From contig NZ_CP089977.1 in the NCBI RefSeq assembly GCF_025643275.1, positions 2,070,001 to 2,102,000 of the forward strand: a stretch of 32,000 bases of DNA, written 5' to 3'. The stretch comes from Moraxella nasicaprae. Lineage in GTDB: Bacteria > Pseudomonadota > Gammaproteobacteria > Pseudomonadales > Moraxellaceae. A program made the translations under genes and the position numbers. The notes beneath the pieces are model-generated. The model was not told the DNA's origin, did no database searches, and saw only the letters and a program-made list of their open reading frames with translations. Positions 17,130 through 24,656 of the stretch are shown piece by piece. Position 1 is the stretch's first letter, and each line of letters opens with the position of its first letter.

Positions 17130-17576
17130 ATGTTAGACATTCAAACGGTTTCAAGTTTTGTCCAAGAGTATGGTGTGGTAGATTTTGACTGCGAGATGGA
17201 CGATGGCGTACTTTGGTTTCGGGGTGTCAATTGTTATTTGATTATTGGCAAAGTTACTGACAAGCAGGTGTTTTTGACGGTTTGGGAAGATGATGAGTGC
17301 AATGAAGTCATTGAAAACTTTGAAATCCAGAACCTTGATGAATTGAATGTTTGCTTAAAGAAATACGCCTTGATTGCTCAGGTAAGCACCAAGCAAGATG
17401 AAACCATCCAAAAACCAACCGACACCACGATGATTGATATCTACTTTAAGCTCATTAAAGACAAATTGGCAGAACATCAAATCAACCTTGATTTTGAAAA
17501 ACAAAGCCAAGCCGAAAAGCTGGTCATTCGCCACATTGAGGATAAACTGGTGGAGGTTATCAAATTTTTGCAATAA
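17130..17576 (+). CDS. Acidic hypothetical protein, last gene before the phage end
   Basis: 148 aa with RBS AAAGG. A clean terminator follows. No recognisable family. Confidence 0.5.
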   Translation: MLDIQTVSSFVQEYGVVDFDCEMDDGVLWFRGVNCYLIIGKVTDKQVFLTVWEDDECNEVIENFEIQNLDELNVCLKKYALIAQVSTKQDETIQKPTDTTMIDIYFKLIKDKLAEHQINLDFEKQSQAEKLVIRHIEDKLVEVIKFLQ

Positions 17577-17596
17577 CCAAGTAAGATAAAAAAGTA

Positions 17597-17626
17597 AATG
17601 CCCCAAGTAAGATTGGGGCATTTTTT
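17597..17626 (+). terminator. Rho-independent terminator of the last phage gene
   Basis: AATGCCCCA-8nt-TGGGGCATT followed by TTTT. Confidence 0.75.
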
Positions 17627-17649
17627 ATGGGGTAATTGTAAAAATGAAA

Positions 17650-20600
17650 TTATCTTGCACATAGTGCAACAAAACCAAAAAGATATTTATTGCATAAATA
17701 GGCGAGATTTTTCGCGGCGGGCATCATCATCTCCAATCTTCCTGTATTTATTAGGGCTGCCAATCTATTTGCTTCTTCCTGATTGGCTTTTGGTGCATTT
17801 GCTCTAATTTTATTATAATAAGCCCCATTCCATCTCACCACCTCCTCAGCCATCTGCACTGCCATATTCACATCTTCTTCTGCTAGGGCTGCTACTGTCC
17901 CTGCGATGAGTTTGGCTTGGTTGATGATACTTTGTCTTTGAGAGTCTGTTAGGGTAGTGGGGTCATCTATTTGCCAATCTGCCCAGATTTCTGCCATACT
18001 AGCACCTAAGGCACCTGCTTGGCAAGTTGATCCTTGTGCTTTGGCAGATAGACAGCCTGTGAGTCCTGCGGCAAGTTTGTGGGCGATGTTGTTAATGTTG
18101 CCATCTGTATCAATGGGTTTAACCAAATGAGCAAAGGCTTGTTGATGTGATAGGGCAATCAGTTGATTACCAAGATTGGTTTTTAGGTTGTCTTCTAAGT
18201 CTGTGCCATAGATGGCAGATTGTAGTAGGCTTTTTGAAGTACTTTGGGCAATGCCTTTGATGAATCTGTCATTAAGACTTAACTGGGTTTGGTCAATGCC
18301 TTGTATGTTTAGTCCTTTATCAATCTTATTGCTGATACCAGCACTGGCGATGGCAAAGGCAAGCTGTTTGGCATTGTCTTTATTGCCAAGCTGCTTGATG
18401 GCGGCTTTGATGTTGCCTTGATTATTGATTAGGCTGATGGTGGCTTGTTCGGCAAGGGTGCTAAGAGCGGTATTTGCCATCGCTGTCAGGGTATGACTGC
18501 CCAATAAAGTACCGTTAATCGGTGCAATACCGCCTGTTGCCATTCCCATGGCAATGGTTAAGATGGCAGCCCCTGCTGGAGTAAGACCTGCTTGCTGGTA
18601 GTTCCATTCTTTTTGAGTGAGAATAAGGGTCTGCCAGTCGATGTTGTTTTGCTGGATGAGCGAATTTAGATAGCTGTATTCGGGCTGTTTGGCAAGTTCA
18701 AGGATTTGTTCCTTGATGACTTTTCTTTGGACATCTTTTTCGCTGATAGGGATTTGTACCACAAGACCGCCATCGGCAACAAAACTAGGCGGTGTACTAC
18801 CTGTAAAGCTGGGTAAAACAGCTGTTTGAGTATATTGTCCTTTATCTTGCATTCGTTGCCAAAAGACTTCATTGGCTTGTGAGGTGGTGCTTATATTGAG
18901 AGTGCTAATCGCTGGAAGTAGATGAACTTTGCCGCCTGCTTCAATATTTGCACCAGACAGATAGCTAAATATACTGCCTTGTAGGGTGGTGTCGCCAAGA
19001 GATTTGGTATTGATATAACGAGCGGTCAAAGAGGCGGGCAGGGCAGTAATTTGCAATTTGTGATGATTGGTTGTTGCATTGCCTGCTTTAACGCCCAAGA
19101 TGCGTCTTTTGACCTGAGTATCTTGATGATGCTCATGCACATCATTGACGCTAAATAGATTGATTGCACCTGTAGCAAAGACACTGATATTGCCTGTCGT
19201 ACTCATTTTGGTGGCATAAAAGTCAGCATTACTTTGATGACCTTGAGCGGTTAATGAGATATGATGGGCAGCCAAAGAAGTCGGTAGGGCGGTGGAATAC
19301 TCATCTTGGGTTTGAACATTGATGGTTTTGCGATTGAGTGCACTGCCTTTTTTGCTGCTACTTTCATCGTAGCGATGGGTATAATTGATGGCATGGTCAA
19401 CGAGTAAATGATGATTAGCAGCGATGGTTAGGTTAGACTTAGCATCAATGTTGCCAGCTTGTACAACCAAATGGACTGGCTGCCCTGCTTGATTGGTCTT
19501 GGTGGCAGATAGGCTGACATTACTGGCTGTGATTTGACTTGGCACAAACAAAGCATGGTTGCGATAATAAGAGGAGTTTTCCTTGCCCATTTCATAGATG
19601 TTGTGTGAGCCATCGACTAGGATGCTGGCGGTGATGTTTTGGTCGTTTTTGTGGTATTTGTCAGTTAATGTACCCTGTGCTTGCAAAGTGATGTTATTGG
19701 CAGCGGTCAAGTTCGATGAACGGATTAGAATGCCTTGAGCAGCATTCATGCTGATATTGTTTTGTGCTGTCAGGGTGGAGGGCTGATATTCTGTACCGAT
19801 TGGATTTCTTTTCAAGTCAGCCAGTTGGTCAGTCAATCTTGATACATCAGCTTGCAAAGCCTCCTCTTTTGATTTGGCAGGCAAATGCTTAGATAATACC
19901 GATTCTAATTCGTTGATTTTGGCGTTGGTTTGGTTAATTAGTCGGTCATAGTCAGCCACAGTCTTTGGATCTGCCGGCGAAGTGGGTGATGCTGAACGAA
20001 ATCTAATCCCTGATGGTGGGGGAGGCGGTGGGGGAGGTAAGAGAGTGTCGCCAAGCGATCTGCTGTTTTCTGGTAGAGATGGCGTGGCAGGATTGCTTAA
20101 TGCCTGTCTTTGACTATGATGCAAAGCTAGCTGAAATTGCAGAGAATTAATCTGAGTCTGCAATTGTCGATAAGACTGATATGCGTCAGATTTTTGAAAG
20201 ATTGCTAATGCTTGCTTGGCTTGTTTGAGCTGTTTTTCTATATTGTCAATCGTATGTATGGGCAATGCTTGACCATCTAGGCGATTGCTTAGAGCATCAA
20301 CCAGAACGGAGCCCTTCCCAGCATTTAGATGGATATTTTTACCTGTAATATTTGCCCCTTGTAAAACAATCTCTTGTGCGGATATGGTCAAATTTCCTTT
20401 TGGAGTAAGTTGTGCTAATTGACCTGAGCCAATACCCTTAGTGCCTTCATGACCGATTAAATCAATGTTGCCATTTTGGGACTGTAGCCATAAATCTCCA
20501 TCAGCAGATAATTGATGTGTCTGAGGTCGAATGTGCAATGCTTGCTCGCTAATAATAGATAAGTCGCCACTTAGTGTCGTAGTTTGCGGATTTTTGGTTA

Positions 20601-22197
20601 ACAGCTGTGTTTTGGTTGCATTAGCAAATAATTGACCCTGCGGCTTGATGGACAGCTTTTTGGTTTTTAATAAAATTGCACCAGCCGTCAGATTGGTCGA
20701 TCCTGTAATCGTATGCAAACCAAGTGAAACGCTACTTAAGATACCCTTAGCACTTAAATTACCACCTATATTTTGATCGCCTGTGGTATAAAGCGTTAAA
20801 TGATGATCGGCATTGGCAGTCGTGTTTTGCCAAACTAGGTCTTTTCTAGACTCAATAGAGATGTTTTTGTGTGCAGTTAAATTACTGTTAGTCAGCGTTT
20901 GATTTTGGTGTGTGTAGAGATTGATTGATCCATCTGCATTTAACTGGTTGTCAGTCATTTGTGCACTGCCAGCTAATGATGCTACAGTGATGTTGCCTGT
21001 TGTACGAATACTACTTTTACCGATAGATAGAGCGTCTTTGGTAACTAACTGGACATTGCTGGCAGTCATATTGGACTGCTGTACGCTGAGCGTCTTGGCT
21101 TTGGTTTCAATGTTGCTGGCAGTTAAATTTGTTTGATGTAGATTAAGGGTGTTGTTTGTTGTTAAAAGGATGTCTCTCCCTCCTGTCACATTGCCTGCCA
21201 AAGTTTGATTGTTAGCATTTAGGTGGATATTGCCTTGTTTGGTGCTCATCACCCCTTGTGCCGACTGGTAAATATCTGTTTGGCTACTTAGTAGGATTTG
21301 ATGATCTGCATGTATATTGCCTGTGTTTTTGATGTATCCATCACTACTGACATAGACTTGCTGAGCGGCGTTTAAGCTACCAGCATTATTGACACCAACG
21401 CCCTGATCGGTAACAATCAAACGAATATTGCCAGCATACATACCGCCAAGCTGACCTGTATCAATAGCAATGGTGGCAGCGGAAGATTTATTTGATGATG
21501 CTTGAACAGGAGTGGAAAGTCCATTGGTAATAATATTAGAGCCTGCAACAACATTAATACTATCATTGGCATGGATTTTGCCATTTAATTCCACTGCTTT
21601 AGCATATAGATTAAGATAATTGGCTTGATGCCTATCGGACATACCTGTTTGACCGATATTAATTTTACCAGCATTGATTTGATGGCTAATGTTGCCCTGC
21701 AAATGACTAACCGTGCCAGTTGTTAATGTTGCCTCATTTGTGTTAATAAACCCAGCACCAGAAACTACAATTCCTGACGGGTTGGCAATGATAACATTGG
21801 CTGTTTGTCCAGCAACCTCAATAATACCAGCAATATTGGTGGCTTTACTACTGTTAATTTCATTGATGATGGTATGGGCAGAACCTTGTTGTAAAAAAGG
21901 ATTACCCTCAATCTGATTGGCAAGCTGTGTCTGTGTACTACCACGAGCATTGTTTAGCACGACACCTATGTCATTAACATTGAACCTTTCGTATTGATTA
22001 TGAGATATGCCATTAACAGGTGTGCGAATCTGTACCACAGGAACAGCTTGTCCATTAGTATGAGTTCCTGCAAGAATAATGGGTTTTTTATTAGAATCTG
22101 CTTTTGGATCGCTGATAACTTGGGCAATGCTTGATGTTGAAATTGATAAAAGAATGGCAGAAATGGCAATATTCAAAGATGATTTTGAAAATAGCAT
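17650..22197 (-). CDS. cdiA: CdiA/TpsA filamentous-haemagglutinin-type exoprotein, copy 1; alternative C-terminal tip truncated by, and reading into, the prophage end
   Basis: 1,515 aa. Signal peptide plus TPS domain (NQYERFNV, QIEGNPFL, NPSGIVVSGAGFINT). Long FHA-type repeats. DUF637-like pretoxin segment (AGLTPAGAAILTIAMGMATGG). VRWN motif at aa 1454-1457, then only 58 further codons. The last ~24 codons lie within the putative phage end. Confidence 0.85.
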   Translation of the reverse strand: MLFSKSSLNIAISAILLSISTSSIAQVISDPKADSNKKPIILAGTHTNGQAVPVVQIRTPVNGISHNQYERFNVNDIGVVLNNARGSTQTQLANQIEGNPFLQQGSAHTIINEINSSKATNIAGIIEVAGQTANVIIANPSGIVVSGAGFINTNEATLTTGTVSHLQGNISHQINAGKINIGQTGMSDRHQANYLNLYAKAVELNGKIHANDSINVVAGSNIITNGLSTPVQASSNKSSAATIAIDTGQLGGMYAGNIRLIVTDQGVGVNNAGSLNAAQQVYVSSDGYIKNTGNIHADHQILLSSQTDIYQSAQGVMSTKQGNIHLNANNQTLAGNVTGGRDILLTTNNTLNLHQTNLTASNIETKAKTLSVQQSNMTASNVQLVTKDALSIGKSSIRTTGNITVASLAGSAQMTDNQLNADGSINLYTHQNQTLTNSNLTAHKNISIESRKDLVWQNTTANADHHLTLYTTGDQNIGGNLSAKGILSSVSLGLHTITGSTNLTAGAILLKTKKLSIKPQGQLFANATKTQLLTKNPQTTTLSGDLSIISEQALHIRPQTHQLSADGDLWLQSQNGNIDLIGHEGTKGIGSGQLAQLTPKGNLTISAQEIVLQGANITGKNIHLNAGKGSVLVDALSNRLDGQALPIHTIDNIEKQLKQAKQALAIFQKSDAYQSYRQLQTQINSLQFQLALHHSQRQALSNPATPSLPENSRSLGDTLLPPPPPPPPSGIRFRSASPTSPADPKTVADYDRLINQTNAKINELESVLSKHLPAKSKEEALQADVSRLTDQLADLKRNPIGTEYQPSTLTAQNNISMNAAQGILIRSSNLTAANNITLQAQGTLTDKYHKNDQNITASILVDGSHNIYEMGKENSSYYRNHALFVPSQITASNVSLSATKTNQAGQPVHLVVQAGNIDAKSNLTIAANHHLLVDHAINYTHRYDESSSKKGSALNRKTINVQTQDEYSTALPTSLAAHHISLTAQGHQSNADFYATKMSTTGNISVFATGAINLFSVNDVHEHHQDTQVKRRILGVKAGNATTNHHKLQITALPASLTARYINTKSLGDTTLQGSIFSYLSGANIEAGGKVHLLPAISTLNISTTSQANEVFWQRMQDKGQYTQTAVLPSFTGSTPPSFVADGGLVVQIPISEKDVQRKVIKEQILELAKQPEYSYLNSLIQQNNIDWQTLILTQKEWNYQQAGLTPAGAAILTIAMGMATGGIAPINGTLLGSHTLTAMANTALSTLAEQATISLINNQGNIKAAIKQLGNKDNAKQLAFAIASAGISNKIDKGLNIQGIDQTQLSLNDRFIKGIAQSTSKSLLQSAIYGTDLEDNLKTNLGNQLIALSHQQAFAHLVKPIDTDGNINNIAHKLAAGLTGCLSAKAQGSTCQAGALGASMAEIWADWQIDDPTTLTDSQRQSIINQAKLIAGTVAALAEEDVNMAVQMAEEVVRWNGAYYNKIRANAPKANQEEANRLAALINTGRLEMMMPAAKNLAYLCNKYLFGFVALCAR
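17677..17726 (+). mobile_element. Putative Mu-type right end (transposase-binding region, terminal ...CA)
   Basis: Read outside-in, the region gives TGATGCCCGCCGCGAAAAATCTCGCCTATTTATGCAATAAAT. My recollection of Mu attR is TGAAGCGGCGCACGAAAAACGCGAAAGCGTTTCACGATAAAT. TGA, CGAAAAA and ATAAAT fall at the same offsets. The exact terminus is ambiguous (CA at 17723, 17726 or 17729). Confidence 0.5.
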
Positions 22198-22339
22198 TTT
22201 AACTTCCTTGTAAAATTGTCAGCTCCTTCTTAGATTTAGTGAAAGTTTAGCAAATACCAAAAAATAGTTCAAGTCGGAATTGGTATGATTTTTGAGGAAA
22301 TTTAATCACGGGTTGGTGTGTATGAATACCTTATTTAAC
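17837..22339. repeat. 4,503-bp direct repeat, copy 1 (cdiA promoter plus codons 1-1453)
   Basis: Identical to 25632-30134 wherever compared. All six-frame sub-ORFs recur at a +7,795 offset with identical translations. Confidence 0.9.
22244..22272 (-). promoter_or_regulatory. Sigma-70-like promoter of cdiA copy 1
   Basis: The - strand reads TTGAAC-17 nt-TAAACT. It is followed by RBS AGGAAG 6 nt before the ATG. Confidence 0.5.
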
Positions 22340-22812
22340 TAATCTTTTATGTAACGAACTTCAAAATTATAATAATATTAAAAATCAATTATTAACTAAT
22401 TTCTTTGATTTTTGAGTTCATAAACAAGCATTTTGTTCGTCTTATTATGCCACATCTTATAGATATTATAAGTCTTTTGCTTGCAGAAATGCCAAGACAA
22501 GACTGCGAAAAAATTAAAAAAATGAGAGTTTGGTTCCCACAAGAACGGGAGAGGAGCGGTGTTCTTATGTGTCATGTAAAGCAGACTATCTGTGCAATAC
22601 AGCCTAAAACAAGGCATGGAGCATCCGCTAAAACTGATGGCACGCACCACCTTTATCCCATGGATGGATGACATCTGGGATCGGGGTATGTACGAAAGAC
22701 AGAGTGCTGATTATTACTGGCAAGGTTATAAAGATTTGTGCTTTAGAGTGCAGGCGTATGTCAATGAGAATCCCAAGCTAAGAGACATGTATCCCTAAAC
22801 CGCTTTATCAAG

Positions 22813-22844
22813 AATAAAAAACCACCATCGAAAAGATGGTGGTT
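22813..22844 (-). terminator. Rho-independent terminator of the cdiA-immunity operon
   Basis: The - strand reads AACCACCATC-TTTTC-GATGGTGGTT followed by TTTTTATT, about 50 nt after the stop at 22894. Confidence 0.75.
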
Positions 22845-22893
22845 GGTGGGGTTGGTTATGCAGTGTACTAGCACAATGCTGAGTCTGATATAA

Positions 22894-23772
22894 CTATAAC
22901 TTACTAGCCCAAGGACCAAAATCAAACCTAGAATAATCCTCTCCAACTTGTGAAAATACATGTAAGAAATATTCATCTAGCATCTCTTGTGGGTTATTGA
23001 TTTCATAAATTCCATTAATAAAGTCGCCATCTTTTACCCAAAACATACGATGGTCATAATAGTAACACATGAGTATTAAATCATATTCTTTTGGGTCTTC
23101 ATCAGGCTTACAGCAATCTATCATAACCCTTAGATTGGGAAAACCATCTGTACGATATTTTTCTTGTTTTTCAATACCTTCAATTTCAATATCAATAAAA
23201 GCATAGGGAATTTTTTTAACCAAACTTTCAATTGCTTGCTTGGCTTTTTTGCGTGAGTTGGGTAAGTAAATATCAAATGGTTTCCAACAGCTATATGGGT
23301 CTCCGATTAGCATGGTTCCCCCTTGAATATACCTAACACTATCAGATAGTAACACGCCACCAAATGCCTTTAACCAACCATCTTTTAAATAGTTTGGTAG
23401 CCAATGGTAATAATCTTCACTAGGGTCAGTTAAAAAATAAATTCTTTGGTTTAACTCAAAAAATGTTGATAAAGATAAATTTAACTCAATTAATTCATAC
23501 CAATAAACTGTTAATTGGCAATTTAATTGGAAATCATTTAAATATTGATAGGTTTTTGGATAATGGGCTTGTAATGATAATATGGATTTGTGAATATCCA
23601 ATCCTAACTGTCTGATTTGTTCATCATAAATCCACTTATAATCACTGTTATTGATATAATCCATTTCTTTGTGCTTCATATCAGAGACAAAATCTGCAAC
23701 ATACTCAACAATTTTATTTGACATATTTTGCTCAAGTTTGTCTTTTGTATAGATAGGCATAGTTTTCTCCAT
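22894..23772 (-). CDS. Second immunity-like protein, paralogue of the 23796-24656 product
   Basis: 292 aa, acidic and Tyr/Asp-rich, with no signal peptide. Shares PKTYQ(L/Y)L and a C-terminal NNPQE.(I/L)D.Y..H(I/V)FS...D..F.P block with the upstream gene. Very AT-rich. Confidence 0.6.
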   Translation of the reverse strand: MEKTMPIYTKDKLEQNMSNKIVEYVADFVSDMKHKEMDYINNSDYKWIYDEQIRQLGLDIHKSILSLQAHYPKTYQYLNDFQLNCQLTVYWYELIELNLSLSTFFELNQRIYFLTDPSEDYYHWLPNYLKDGWLKAFGGVLLSDSVRYIQGGTMLIGDPYSCWKPFDIYLPNSRKKAKQAIESLVKKIPYAFIDIEIEGIEKQEKYRTDGFPNLRVMIDCCKPDEDPKEYDLILMCYYYDHRMFWVKDGDFINGIYEINNPQEMLDEYFLHVFSQVGEDYSRFDFGPWASKL

Positions 23773-23795
23773 AAAAACATATCTAATTCTATAAT

Positions 23796-24656
23796 CTAAA
23801 AATCCACCATATATGGAGTAAAATCAAAGTCGCCATCTTGACCCGAAAAAATATGGGCTGCGTAACTATCAATGGCTTCTTGTGGATTATTCAATCTTTT
23901 TATGCTAAATACATCAGCATTTTGGATAATATAGATATTTTCTCCCTGATCAATAGATGAGCAAAATAATTGGAAACCAGTGTTGCTATAGTCGTCCATA
24001 GTTCGTGTATCTAATAGATTTCTTAACTCAAAATAATCATTTCTATTATCCCCTGTATACTGATCGTCATCATAATCTCTCACGATGCGATGATTAAACT
24101 TAGCATCTAAAAAATCACAATATTTATCTCTATTTTGTCTAGTTTCAAAATTATCTATAATAGAGTGAATTGGACTTTGTAAAGTTGTTGGCAGACGGCT
24201 TTTAAAAGGACTAGTAACTGTGTCTTCTGCAATATGCCACGCATCTGTGTGGAGTATCCAAGAGCGAAGAACAAAAACTGGTAAATTTTTGTAAAAAATA
24301 CTATCAGGATCTTGTTCGTAGCAAGGAATTGATGGATATGATAAATAAAAACATTGATGATTAACAATTATACCAAATTGAGTAATATCTCCCATAATTT
24401 CTGGATAAGGTGATTTTTCTACAGCATAGAAGAACTCTGCTTTTAAAAGCAGCTGATAGGTTTTGGGTTGAAGGCTTTCAAAGGGTTGGACTAAATATTC
24501 CTTTAAATCGCCTTTTGAAATAAAATGGTAGCCATCATATTTTCTTTCATTGCATTTTAAACTTAGTTCCATAAATGGAATATCATCAAAATCATTTTGA
24601 TAAAAGACTTTATCACAACTTTCCTCTAACTGAGTTTTAGTCAAAAATAGTTTCAT
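23796..24656 (-). CDS. cdiI: Putative CdiI immunity protein for the HINT-HNH toxin tip
   Basis: 286 aa. The ATG overlaps the cdiA stop (ATGA), the usual cdiA-cdiI coupling. Cytoplasmic, acidic, AT-rich. Family not recognised. Confidence 0.6.
   Translation of the reverse strand: MKLFLTKTQLEESCDKVFYQNDFDDIPFMELSLKCNERKYDGYHFISKGDLKEYLVQPFESLQPKTYQLLLKAEFFYAVEKSPYPEIMGDITQFGIIVNHQCFYLSYPSIPCYEQDPDSIFYKNLPVFVLRSWILHTDAWHIAEDTVTSPFKSRLPTTLQSPIHSIIDNFETRQNRDKYCDFLDAKFNHRIVRDYDDDQYTGDNRNDYFELRNLLDTRTMDDYSNTGFQLFCSSIDQGENIYIIQNADVFSIKRLNNPQEAIDSYAAHIFSGQDGDFDFTPYMVDF

Larger units (their letters stand above)
1..17726 (+). mobile_element. Right-hand portion of a transposable (Mu/BcepMu-type) myovirus prophage: tail module, lysis/methylase accessory genes, putative right end
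   Basis: Uninterrupted + strand run of tail genes in the order sheath-tube-E/E'-TMP-U-X-D-V-W-J-I-H-G, with overlapping stop/start codons. Com-like gene plus methylases sit at the distal end, as com-mom does in Mu. The block ends in TTTTTCGCGGCGGGCATCA, which aligns in register with my recollection of the Mu right end TTTTTCGTGCGCCGCTTCA. The left boundary is outside the window. Confidence 0.65.

Noticed and set aside
17477-17807. Small ORFs (61-88 aa, both strands) around the phage end and terminator.
   Set aside because: They overlap the 3' end of the 148-aa gene, its terminator, or the cdiA 3' end. The region is better explained as terminator plus transposon end.
20014-20037. G-rich 12-nt x2 repeat (GGTGGGGGAGGC GGTGGGGGAGGT on +) encoding the P8 run, considered as a slipped-strand phase-variation tract. 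The second copy is at 27809-27832.
   Set aside because: The homopolymer runs are only 5 nt and the repeat unit is a multiple of 3. Slippage would change the proline count, not the reading frame.
22396-22674. 92-aa - strand ORF in the spacer, considered as an orphan cdiA-CT or immunity fragment.
   Set aside because: The translation is Cys/Phe/His-rich and looks like the antisense of the + strand debris. It has no VRWN-type pretoxin sequence or RBS.
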